From a virus (lineage: Duplodnaviria; Heunggongvirae; Uroviricota; Caudoviricetes), in IMG/VR virus record IMGVR_UViG_2681813273_000009: a stretch of 8,933 nucleotides of DNA; one strand, given 5' to 3'. Shown piece by piece: positions 1 to 7,110 of the stretch (its first letter is position 1; every line of letters begins with the position of its first letter). The translations under genes and the position numbers were made by a program. The notes under the pieces are model-generated. The model was not told the DNA's origin. It made no database searches and was given only the letters and a program-made list of their open reading frames with translations.

Positions 1-1
1 G

Positions 2-271
2 GGAAAAATATCATCAGATGGCTGCTTAAAAAAAGAACAAATGGTAGTGTCCGCTATTGCCAGTACACCTCATCCATCACCGAAAAAAATTGGCTTTTAC
101 ACCATTGGCGATAAAAGCATTTACCTGTATGACCTACGCCGCATGGATGAAATCATGGAGGCTCTTGATAATCGTTCGTCGATGGATTGGTGTGTTGCTG
201 TTCATGATATGAATGCAGGGTTTGATGAAAAGATTTTGTTCCCCTCATCAGTTGAAAGCACTGCGGGTTAA
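2..271 (+). CDS. Hypothetical phage protein, 3' end of an ORF that appears to begin upstream of the window
   Basis: Frame is open from position 2 to TAA at 269-271; the first in-frame ATG (41) has no Shine-Dalgarno. A strong RBS for the next gene follows immediately. Product not recognised. Confidence 0.35.
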   Translation, partial: GKISSDGCLKKEQMVVSAIASTPHPSPKKIGFYTIGDKSIYLYDLRRMDEIMEALDNRSSMDWCVAVHDMNAGFDEKILFPSSVESTAG

Positions 272-281
272 GGAGTAACAC

Positions 282-449
282 ATGACCACTATTACCAAAG
301 AACGTATTGAATTGTTCATTAAAAACCCGCTTGAAAACGGGCTTACCCGTGGTGAACAAATGGAACTGGCACGGATTGCGCTGGCATCGCTGGAAGCAGA
401 GCCGGTTGTGTTCTGGTTTGAAAAATATCAAGAAGGGGCTACGGCATGA
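282..449 (+). CDS. Small hypothetical protein, 55 aa ([55 protein letters not shown])
   Basis: Not in the ORF track (under 60 aa). AAGGAG at 270-275 sits 6 nt upstream of ATG 282. Its stop overlaps the next start (ATGA at 446-449), suggesting translational coupling. Shares the N-terminal MTT.T.E and IAL.SL.AEP motifs with the next ORF. Confidence 0.5.
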
Positions 450-653
450 CGACTTTTACCAGAGAGCAGTTAATAGCTCACGCAGAGGAGACTATTGAAG
501 CACAGAGACTGNNNNNNNNNNNNNNNNNNNNNNNNNNNNNNNNNNNNNNNNNNNNNNNNNNNNNNNNNNNNNNNNNCATGACGACTTTTACCAGAGAGCA
601 GTTAATAGCTCACGCAGAGGAGACTATTGAAGCACAGAGACTGTGCATACCGG
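445..653. repeat. Direct repeat flanking a 65-nt N-run: 445-511 is identical to 577-643 (period 132 bp, in frame)
   Basis: Read directly: catgacgacttttaccagagagcag...cacagagactg occurs before and after N 512-576. Consistent with an unmerged contig overlap or a 132-bp tandem duplication of the gene's 5' end. Confidence 0.8.
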
Positions 654-922
654 GCACAATCGACCATGACATCATCCGCACATATAAGATGGATATTGCT
701 GTTCTGGAAATCGCACTGGTATCGCTGGCAGCAGAGCCAGCCGGTAAATTGCATGAATACAAACCAGTGGGATATCAGCGTCTGGTCGATGAGTTAACCA
801 TGCTGGTAAAGCAGTTAACCTGGCAACTGAGGAAAGCGAAGCCAGACTGCAAATTACCGGATAAGGCGATGAGTTATCTGGAGCGGAACGGACTGATAAG
901 CGTGGAGGATATTTTACGATGA
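578..922 (+). CDS. Hypothetical phage protein, about 114 aa, paralogous to the preceding 55-aa ORF
   Basis: ORF track 446..922 reads through the N-run; the copy after the gap (ATG 578) is the uninterrupted version. Stop TGA 920-922 overlaps the next ATG (919). Confidence 0.55.
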   Translation: MTTFTREQLIAHAEETIEAQRLCIPGTIDHDIIRTYKMDIAVLEIALVSLAAEPAGKLHEYKPVGYQRLVDELTMLVKQLTWQLRKAKPDCKLPDKAMSYLERNGLISVEDILR

Positions 923-1002
923 CCTGGCCTGAAGCATTAACAACGGTAGGAATTGCGATGGCGGTGGCGCTGGTGGTGTATTCGATTTGCCGCTGGGGAT
1001 AA
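919..1002 (+). CDS. Putative 27-aa single-pass membrane peptide ([27 protein letters not shown])
   Basis: ATG 919 overlaps the upstream stop (ATGA); hydrophobic core flanked by charged or aromatic residues. Very short, so uncertain. Confidence 0.3.
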   Translation: MTWPEALTTVGIAMAVALVVYSICRWG

Positions 1003-1009
1003 AAACGGT

Positions 1010-1037
1010 TTGCGGGAAAAGGAGAGTTAAGTAGAAT
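1010..1037 (+). promoter_or_regulatory. Candidate sigma70 promoter for the hok/mok mRNA
   Basis: TTGCGG (1010-1015), 16-nt spacer, TAGAAT (1032-1037); lies about 120 nt upstream of mok, matching the long leader typical of hok mRNAs. Confidence 0.3.
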
Positions 1038-1099
1038 TGCAGCGGGTGCTTGAGGCTATCTGTCTCAGGCATGAACACCAAAAGGCAGATAGAGAAAAG

Positions 1100-1165
1100 C
1101 CCCAGTTAACATTACGCGTCCGGCAAGACGCTTAACATTAATCTGAGGCTCAATCTATGAACGGC
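1100..1165 (-). ncRNA. Putative Sok-like antisense RNA (boundaries approximate)
   Basis: Inferred from hok/sok architecture: the antisense RNA is encoded opposite the mok start and leader. A minus-strand promoter-like TTGCCT-17nt-TAACCT lies at about +1200..1172 and a minus-strand hairpin gcgtc/gacgc near 1118-1133. Not demonstrated. Confidence 0.25.
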
Positions 1166-1369
1166 AAATCTAGGTTAGCCTCTTACGTGCCGAAAGGCAA
1201 GGAGAAGCAGGCTATGAAGCAGCAAAAGGCGATGTTAATCGCCCTGATCGTCATCTGTTTAACCGTCATAGTGACGGCACTGGTAACGAGGAAAGACCTC
1301 TGCGAGGTACGAATTCGAACCGGCCAGACGGAGGTCGCTGTCTTCACAGCTTACGAACCTGAGGAGTAA
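1157..1369 (+). CDS. Mok-like in-frame N-terminally extended reading frame of the hok locus (70 aa)
   Basis: ORF 1157..1369 contains the hok frame and shares its stop; this matches the annotated mok/hok in-frame arrangement of chromosomal hok loci. Confidence 0.55.
   Translation: MNGKSRLASYVPKGKEKQAMKQQKAMLIALIVICLTVIVTALVTRKDLCEVRIRTGQTEVAVFTAYEPEE
1214..1369 (+). CDS. hokD: Hok/Gef-family type I toxin, 51 aa (MKQQKAMLIALIVICLTVIVTALVTRKDLCEVRIRTGQTEVAVFTAYEPEE)
   Basis: Internal ATG 1214 preceded by AGGAG (1200-1204). The TM helix followed by TRKDLCEV.IR.G..EVA.F.AYE is the Hok family signature; the sequence appears to match HokD/RelF of Qin-like prophages, from memory. Confidence 0.85.
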   Translation: MKQQKAMLIALIVICLTVIVTALVTRKDLCEVRIRTGQTEVAVFTAYEPEE

Positions 1370-1437
1370 GAGACCAGGCGGGGGAGAAATCCCTCGCCAC
1401 CTCTGATGGGTCAGGCATCCTCAATGCACCCACACTT

Positions 1438-1470
1438 AACCCGCTTCGGCGGGTTTTTGTTTTTATTTTC
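1438..1470 (+). terminator. Rho-independent terminator at the hok mRNA 3' end
   Basis: Stem aacccgc/gcgggtt with UUCG tetraloop (1445-1448), followed by tttttgtttttatttt. Confidence 0.6.
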
Positions 1471-1589
1471 AACGCGTTTGAAGTTTTAGATGGTGCCGGA
1501 ATAGAATCAAAAATACTTAAGTAGCGCGCAGGGAGAAGAGGGATGGACCCCGAACAGGGGAGTGCTATTTATCTGGAAGGATTCTGTTG

Positions 1590-1871
1590 ATGAAAATCGA
1601 AGAATTACGTGAAATTTTTAGTGAAGATGGCCTCTATACTGTGCGCGTTGAGAATGGCGCTATTGTCAGCCACTGCCTTCCAGACTACACAATTCTGATA
1701 ATTCAGCCGTCTTTGCCAGCAGGCACGGGCGGCGCTCTCACGCATTTAAATCTGATTGGTACCAGCATCCCCCATGCACTGAAGAACAGGCCGAATGGCT
1801 CATTCAGTGTTACCGCAGGCGCGGATGCGAGGTTAAAAAAGCCCTTAGCCTCGACTACCGTCACTGGATAA
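1590..1871 (+). CDS. Hypothetical protein, 93 aa, in the position held by rem in the Qin prophage
   Basis: ORF track 1587..1871; ATG 1590 preceded by GGAAGGA. Lies between hok and the DUF968 gene. Product not recognised; the rem equivalence is positional only. Confidence 0.4.
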   Translation: MKIEELREIFSEDGLYTVRVENGAIVSHCLPDYTILIIQPSLPAGTGGALTHLNLIGTSIPHALKNRPNGSFSVTAGADARLKKPLASTTVTG

Positions 1872-1946
1872 TCTCCGTCAGGCTCCCTTACTCCGAACGG
1901 CCAACGCGTCCGTCCCGCACATTCCAGCAACGGATCTGGAGGTAAT

Positions 1947-3005
1947 GTGCGGGTATTACTTCGACCTGTTCTGGTACCGGAACTCGGTCTGGTTATCGTT
2001 AAGCCAGGCCGTGAATCAATGTCAGCATTCCATAACGGCAGAATACTGGTGGAGCCGGAACCAAAAAGCATGCGTAATCTGCCGTCCGGGGTCGTTCCTG
2101 CCGCTCGCCAGCCGCTGGTGGAAGACAAAACATTGCTGCCGTTTTTCAGTAACGCACGGGTGATTCGTGCTGCTGGTGGTGCTGGTGCATTGTCTGACTG
2201 GCTGTTGCGCCATATTAAATCCTGCCAGTGGCCACACGGCGATTATCATCACAGCGAAACCGTCATTCACCGTTATGGTACCGGCGCAATGGTGTTGTGC
2301 TGGCACTGCGACAACCAGCTGCGTGACCAGACATCCGAATCACTCGAGCAACTTGCTCATCAAAACCTGTCAGCATGGATGATTGACGTCATCGGTCACG
2401 CAATAAGCGGTACGCAGGAGCGTGAATTATCTCTGGCTGAATTATCCTGGTGGGCGGTCCGCAATCAGGTGGCGGACGCGCTACCGGAAGCGGTATTACG
2501 TCGTTCGCTGGGGTTGCGTGCGGAAAAAATTCGCTCTGTGTACAGTGAAAGCGACATCATACCGGGAGAGCAGACAGCCACCAGCATACTGAAGCAGCGC
2601 ACAAAAAATATTGCGTTACTGCCTCACGTCCACCAGCAACAGAACCCACCACAGGAAAAGACGGTGGTCAGCATTGCCGTTGATCCGGAGTCACCGGCTC
2701 AGTATCTCCAGCGCCAGAAATCACAACGGGAAGAGATGCCTGTATACACGCGCTGGGTAAAAACGCAGAAATGCATGACGTGTGGCAATCAGGCAGATGA
2801 TCCGCATCACATCATTGGTCATGGACTGGGAGGGATGGGAACAAAGGCTGATGATTTGTTTGTTATTCCGTTATGCCGTAAATGCCGTAACGAACTACAT
2901 GCCGGAGTAAAAGATTTTGAAGAGAAACACGGCAGTCAGCTGTTGTTGCTGATTCGTTTTTTAATGCACGCGAGAAATTCGGGTGTTCTGAAGTGGAAAG
3001 CATAA
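1947..3005 (+). CDS. DUF968-family phage protein (YdfU-like) with a C-terminal Cys/His cluster, possible HNH or NinG-like nuclease
   Basis: 352-aa ORF; GTG 1947 with GGAGG at 1938-1942 (alternative ATG at 2019). C-terminus has CMTCGNQADDPHH...CRKCRNELH. Lies immediately upstream of rusA, as ydfU does in Qin-like prophages. Confidence 0.7.
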   Translation: MRVLLRPVLVPELGLVIVKPGRESMSAFHNGRILVEPEPKSMRNLPSGVVPAARQPLVEDKTLLPFFSNARVIRAAGGAGALSDWLLRHIKSCQWPHGDYHHSETVIHRYGTGAMVLCWHCDNQLRDQTSESLEQLAHQNLSAWMIDVIGHAISGTQERELSLAELSWWAVRNQVADALPEAVLRRSLGLRAEKIRSVYSESDIIPGEQTATSILKQRTKNIALLPHVHQQQNPPQEKTVVSIAVDPESPAQYLQRQKSQREEMPVYTRWVKTQKCMTCGNQADDPHHIIGHGLGGMGTKADDLFVIPLCRKCRNELHAGVKDFEEKHGSQLLLLIRFLMHARNSGVLKWKA

Positions 3006-3386
3006 ATGACCGAGCGCATAGAATTTGTTTTACCTTACCCGCCGACGGTGAACACTTACTGGCGTCGTCGTGGCAGCACATATTTTGTATCAAAAGCCGG
3101 GGAGCGTTATCGCCGGGCAGTGGCGCTTATTGTTCGCCAGCAGCGGCTGAAATTAAGCCTGTCCGGAAGGTTGGCAATAAAAATTATTGCAGAACCACCG
3201 GATAAGCGCCGCCGTGACCTGGACAATATTCTGAAAGCGCCGCTGGATGCGCTGACGCATGCGGGGTTGCTAATGGACGATGAGCAGTTTGATGAAATCA
3301 ATATCGTTCGTGCTCAGCCAGTATCTGGTGGACGTCTGGGGGTGAAGATTTATCCCATAATGCTTGAAGGGCAGGTCAAAAAATGA
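3006..3386 (+). CDS. rusA: Crossover junction endodeoxyribonuclease RusA (Holliday junction resolvase)
   Basis: 126-aa ORF with LPYPPTVNTYWRRRG near the N-terminus and DLDNILKAPLDALTHAGLLMDDEQF, recognised as RusA family. ATG directly follows the upstream TAA; its stop overlaps the Q start (ATGA). Confidence 0.9.
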   Translation: MTERIEFVLPYPPTVNTYWRRRGSTYFVSKAGERYRRAVALIVRQQRLKLSLSGRLAIKIIAEPPDKRRRDLDNILKAPLDALTHAGLLMDDEQFDEINIVRAQPVSGGRLGVKIYPIMLEGQVKK

Positions 3387-4128
3387 AACTGGAAGATTTA
3401 CCGAAATACTACTCCCCAAAATCCCCCGGCCTGACTGATGCATCGGCCTCAACGTCGAAAGATGCGCTGAGTATCACTGATGTGATGGCCGCGCAGGGCA
3501 TGACACAGAATCGGGCTGAGATGGGGGTTTCTGCGTTCCTTGGGAAAATGGGCATTAGTATGAATGACAGAGAGCGGGCAACAGAATTGCTGACAGAATA
3601 TGCACTCAGTCGGTGTGATCGCGTGGCGGCGTTAAGAAAACTCCCGGCAGAAATAAAACCGGCAGTGATGCGTATTATGGCTTCGTATGCGTTTGAAGAT
3701 TATGCCCGTAGCGCGGCGAGCAAAAAACAGTGCCCCTGCTGTCACGGAAAAAAATTTATTGAAAGCGAGGTTTTTACAAACAAGATCCAGTATCCGGATG
3801 GTAAGCCGCCGGTATGGGCAAAGTGTACGAAAGGTGTGTATCCGTCTTACTGGGAAGAATGGAAAAAAGTCAGGGAGGTGGTAAAAGTTGCCTGTCCGGA
3901 GTGTGGCGGAAAGGGTGAGGTTTCCACCGCCTGTAAGGATTGCCGTGGGCGTGGTGTCGCCATTCATCGTGAAGAGTCGGTAAAACGTGGTATGCCTGTT
4001 ATCAGAGACTGCCAGCGTTGTGGTGGTCGTGGCTATGAAAGACTACCATCAACGGAGGCATTTAATGCTATATGCGAGGTGACAAACCAGATAACACGCG
4101 CGTCATGGGAAAAAACAGTTAAGAAATT
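3383..4128 (+). pseudogene. Q-like antiterminator, upstream copy, truncated after about 248 codons at the repeat junction
   Basis: Same reading frame and near-identical protein to the 4411..5265 ORF until position 4128; the track ORF 3383..4414 then continues in frame into the rusA 3' sequence. Confidence 0.5.
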
Positions 4129-4129
4129 N

Positions 4130-4414
4130 GAGCGTTATCGCCGGGCAGTGGCGCTTATTGTTCGCCAGCAGCGGCTGAAATTAAGCCTGTCCGGAAGGTT
4201 GGCAATAAAAATTATTGCAGAACCACCGGATAAGCGCCGCCGTGACCTGGACAATATTCTGAAAGCGCCGCTGGATGCGCTGACGCATGCGGGGTTGCTA
4301 ATGGACGATGAGCAGTTTGATGAAATCAATATCGTTCGTGCTCAGCCAGTATCTGGTGGACGTCTGGGGGTGAAGATTTACCCCATAATGCATGAAGAGC
4401 AGGTCAAAAAATGA
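4130..4414 (+). pseudogene. rusA 3' fragment (second copy), lacking its own start
   Basis: Encodes ERYRRAVALIV...IMHEEQVKK, equivalent to RusA residues ~33-126; no upstream rusA start in this copy. Confidence 0.5.
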
Positions 4415-5265
4415 AACTGGAAGATTTACCGAAATACTACTCCCCAAAATCCCCTTGCCTGACCGATGCATCGGCCTCAACGTCAAAAGATGCGCTGAGT
4501 ATCACTGATGTGATGGCCGCGCAGGGCATGACACAGAATCGGGCTGAGATGGGGTTTTCTGCGTTCCTGGGGAAAATGGGCATCAGTATGAATGACAGGG
4601 CGCGGGCAACAGAATTACTGGCAGATTATGCACTCAGTCGGTGCGATCGTGTGGCGGCGTTGAGAAAACTTCCGGCAGAAATAAAACCGGTAGTGATGCG
4701 CATTATGGCTTCGTACGCTTTTGAGGATTATGCCCGCAGCGCAGCGAGTAAAAAGCAGTGCCCTTGTTGCTATGGGGAAAAATTTATTGAAAGCGTAGTT
4801 TTTACAAACAAGGTCCAGTATCCGGATGGTAAGCCGCCGGTATGGGCAAAGTGTACGAAAGGTGTGTATCCGTCTTACTGGGAAGAATGGAAAAAAGTCA
4901 GGGAGGTGGTAAAAGTTGCCTGTCCGGAGTGTGGCGGAAAGGGTGAGGTTTCCACCGCCTGTAAGGATTGCCGTGGGCGTGGTGTCGCCATTCATCGTGA
5001 AGAGTCGGTAAAACGTGGTATGCCTGTTATCAGAGACTGCCAGCGTTGTGGTGGTCGTGGCTATGAAAGACTACCATCAACGGAGGCATTTAATGCTATA
5101 TGCGAGGTGACAAACCAGATAACACGCGCGTCATGGGAAAAAACAGTTAAGAAATTTTATGATGCGCTGGTGACCCGGTTTGATATTGAAGAAGCATGGG
5201 CTGAGCGGCAGTTAAAAAAGGTAACTAGGTTGATTTTTCCGGAATCTGTGGTAAATTCGTCATAA
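4411..5265 (+). CDS. Putative late-gene antiterminator Q-like protein (284 aa) with DnaJ-type CxxCxGxG zinc-finger repeats
   Basis: Assignment rests on position (directly after rusA, directly before a PR'-like promoter and tR' terminator). Contains CPCCYGEK, CPECGGKG, CKDCRGRG, CQRCGGRG. Confidence 0.6.
   Translation: MKLEDLPKYYSPKSPCLTDASASTSKDALSITDVMAAQGMTQNRAEMGFSAFLGKMGISMNDRARATELLADYALSRCDRVAALRKLPAEIKPVVMRIMASYAFEDYARSAASKKQCPCCYGEKFIESVVFTNKVQYPDGKPPVWAKCTKGVYPSYWEEWKKVREVVKVACPECGGKGEVSTACKDCRGRGVAIHREESVKRGMPVIRDCQRCGGRGYERLPSTEAFNAICEVTNQITRASWEKTVKKFYDALVTRFDIEEAWAERQLKKVTRLIFPESVVNSS
5230..5257 (+). promoter_or_regulatory. PR'-like late promoter overlapping the 3' end of Q
   Basis: TTGATT (5230-5235), 16-nt spacer, TG-n-TAAATT extended -10 (5249-5257); followed about 45 nt later by an intrinsic terminator, as expected for a Q-modified short transcript. 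Confidence 0.4.
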
Positions 5266-5305
5266 CTATGGGCGTTTTATGCCTGACGTTAGAAGAGTTT
5301 CTACA

Positions 5306-5330
5306 ACCCGCCGCCGAGCGGGTTTTTTAT
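5306..5330 (+). terminator. tR'-like rho-independent terminator (copy A)
   Basis: Stem acccgc/gcgggt with loop cgccga, then tttttat. Confidence 0.6.
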
Positions 5331-5502
5331 NNNNNNNNNNNNNNNNTATGATGCGCTGGTGACCCGGTTTGATATTGAAGAAGCATGGGCTGAGCGGCAG
5401 TTAAAAAAGGTAACTAGGTAACAAGGTTGATTTTTCCGGAATCTGTGGTAAATTCGTCATAACGATGGGCGTTTTATGCCTGACGTTAGAAGAGTTTCTA
5501 CA

Positions 5503-5527
5503 ACCCGCCGCCGAGCGGGTTTTTTAT
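5503..5527 (+). terminator. tR'-like rho-independent terminator (copy B, after the N-run)
   Basis: Same hairpin and T-run as copy A. Confidence 0.6.
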
Positions 5528-5645
5528 GACTGAAATCGCGTCAGTACAGTAAACGCGCTGGTGGCGGTGAATACCTGTCTTTCAGCTTGCTGGCTTTTTC
5601 GACAAGAGTTATTGGTGTGTCACGTTAACCGGAAAAGGAAAAGAC

Positions 5646-5843
5646 ATGCTAAAACAGCAGGATATGACAGAAACCGCCAGAGTGGTGTTTAATGAATTAA
5701 GCGTTACCGAACCGGCGACAGTCGGGGAGATAGCGCAGAATACTTACCTTTCACGCGAACGCTGCCAGTTAATACTGACCCAGCTGGTTATGGCGGGTCT
5801 GGCAGACTATCAGTTCGGTTGTTACAGACGCCTTCCGCAGTGA
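5646..5843 (+). CDS. Small hypothetical protein, 65 aa, possible helix-turn-helix DNA-binding protein
   Basis: AAGGAAAAG 6-8 nt upstream of ATG 5646; segment TVGEIAQNTYLSRERCQLILTQLV resembles an HTH; stop lies inside a terminator hairpin. Confidence 0.5.
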   Translation: MLKQQDMTETARVVFNELSVTEPATVGEIAQNTYLSRERCQLILTQLVMAGLADYQFGCYRRLPQ

Positions 5844-5857
5844 AGGCTTTTTTATTT
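5830..5857 (+). terminator. Rho-independent terminator following the small ORF
   Basis: Stem gccttc/gaaggc (5830-5835 and 5842-5847), loop cgcagt, then tttttt a ttt. Confidence 0.6.
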
Positions 5858-5872
5858 GTGGTAAATGGGCGG

Positions 5873-5899
5873 CTGGTGGGTGTTAGGGGCACCCACCAG
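5873..5899. promoter_or_regulatory. Perfect 10-bp inverted repeat (ctggtgggtg-ttagggg-cacccaccag)
   Basis: Read directly; not followed by a T-run, so more likely a protein-binding site or RNA structure than a terminator. A second palindrome CTGCTTT-gcgca-AAAGCAG lies at 5943-5961. Confidence 0.4.
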
Positions 5900-5993
5900 C
5901 CATCTGCTCATGCGTTGGGTTCACAAGCAAACCTCAGGCCCACTGCTTTGCGCAAAAGCAGAATGAGCCTATCAGAGACAGGCTTAATGATCC

Positions 5994-7070
5994 ATGCTTA
6001 ATACTGTAAAAATATCCAGTTGTGAGTTAATCAACGCCGACTGCCTGGAATTTATCCGGTCGTTACCCGAAAATTCTGTTGACCTGATAGTCACGGACCC
6101 GCCNNNNNNNNNNNNNNNNNNGTACTTTAAAGTGAAGCCTGAGGGCTGGGATAACCAGTGGAAGGGCGACGATGATTACCTGAAGTGGCTGGACCAGTGT
6201 CTGGCGCAGTTCTGGCGGGTGCTGAAACCTGCCGGAAGTCTTTACCTGTTCTGTGGTCATCGCCTGGCATCTGATATCGAAATCATGATGCGTGAACGCT
6301 TCAGTGTGCTGAACCATATTATCTGGGCGAAGCCGTCCGGACGCTGGAACGGATGCAACAAGGAAAGCCTGCGGGCGTATTTCCCCGCCACAGAGCGCAT
6401 TCTGTTCGCGGAACATTATCAGGGGCCGTATCGTCCGAAAGATGCCGGGTATGCGGCGAAGGGCAGTGCACTGAAACAGCATGTGATGGCCCCGCTGATT
6501 TCTTACTTTCGTGATGCGCGAGCTGCCCTGGGGATAACGGCAAAACAGATTGCAGATGCCACAGGAAAGAAAAACATGGTGTCGCACTGGTTCAGTGCCG
6601 GTCAGTGGCAGTTGCCGAATGAAAGCGATTATCTGAAATTACAGGCGCTGTTTGCCCGGGTGGCAGAAGAGAAGCATCGGCGTGGTGAACTGGAAAAGCT
6701 CCACCACCAGCTGGTGGATACGTATACCTCACTGAACCGGCAGTATGCGGAGCTGCTGAGTGAATATAAACATCTGCGGCGGTATTTTGGCGTGACGGTG
6801 CAGGTGCCGTATACCGATGTGTGGACGCATAAACCGGTGCAGTTCTATCCCGGGAAACATCCGTGCGAAAAACCGGCAGAAATGCTGCAGCAGATAATCA
6901 GCGCTAGCAGTCGTCCGGGTGACCTGATTGCAGATTTTTTCATGGGGTTGGGTTCGACAGTGAAAGCGGCACTGGCGCTCGGGCGTCGTGCAATTGGCGT
7001 TGAGCTGGAGACTGAACGTTTTGAGCAGACGGTTCGGGAAGTACAGGATTTAGTCAGCCAGAACGGATGA
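5994..7070 (+). CDS. Beta-class DNA amino-methyltransferase (N6-adenine or N4-cytosine), orphan
   Basis: 358-aa ORF; N-terminal DLIVTDPP then an 18-nt N-run over the rest of motif IV; C-terminal AdoMet-binding motif I DLIADFFMGLGST. Motif order IV then I indicates beta class. No restriction endonuclease gene nearby. Confidence 0.85.
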   Translation: MLNTVKISSCELINADCLEFIRSLPENSVDLIVTDPXXXXXXXYFKVKPEGWDNQWKGDDDYLKWLDQCLAQFWRVLKPAGSLYLFCGHRLASDIEIMMRERFSVLNHIIWAKPSGRWNGCNKESLRAYFPATERILFAEHYQGPYRPKDAGYAAKGSALKQHVMAPLISYFRDARAALGITAKQIADATGKKNMVSHWFSAGQWQLPNESDYLKLQALFARVAEEKHRRGELEKLHHQLVDTYTSLNRQYAELLSEYKHLRRYFGVTVQVPYTDVWTHKPVQFYPGKHPCEKPAEMLQQIISASSRPGDLIADFFMGLGSTVKAALALGRRAIGVELETERFEQTVREVQDLVSQNG

Positions 7071-7110
7071 TATTGAAGAATTAATTACGCGTCGTTATTA
7101 TGCGGCTCCC

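Larger units (their letters stand above)
3102..5157. repeat. Two tandem copies of a 1028-bp unit (rusA 3' part plus Q 5' part), joined at a single n (4129)
   Basis: 3102-4128 aligns with 4130-5156 at offset 1028. Copies are identical over long stretches but differ in clustered blocks (rusA end IMLEGQ vs IMHEEQ; several residues in the first ~125 aa of Q). Confidence 0.85.
5158..5527. repeat. Direct repeat flanking a 16-nt N-run: 5158-5330 and 5347-5527, differing by an 8-bp indel and one SNP
   Basis: Second copy has extra taacaagg after ggtaactagg and cataacgatggg instead of cataactatggg. The indel places TAA in the Q frame (KKVTR*). Confidence 0.8.

Noticed and set aside
153-431. 92-aa minus-strand ORF
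   Set aside because: Lies antisense across two plus-strand genes that have good RBS and coupling; no start context of its own.
1003-1156. 7-bp inverted repeat ctatctg...cagatag at about 1054-1091 as a terminator
   Set aside because: 22-nt loop and no T-run; more likely part of the hok mRNA leader structure.
1703-2306. Minus-strand ORFs 1703..2128 and 2022..2306, and plus-strand alternative-frame ORFs 1945..2163 and 2167..2382
   Set aside because: All overlap the DUF968 coding frame, which has the expected length and position; treated as shadow ORFs in GC-rich coding sequence.
3107-4995. Minus-strand ORFs 3107..3301, 3270..3452, 3632..3967, 4135..4329, 4298..4486 and 4615..4995
   Set aside because: Antisense to rusA and Q and duplicated only because the underlying sequence is duplicated; no independent support.
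5819-6001. 60-aa plus-strand ORF between the small HTH ORF and the methyltransferase
   Set aside because: Starts inside a terminator hairpin, spans two palindromes and has no RBS; more likely regulatory DNA.
6063-6587. 174-aa and 74-aa minus-strand ORFs
   Set aside because: Antisense to the methyltransferase, whose motifs confirm the plus frame.
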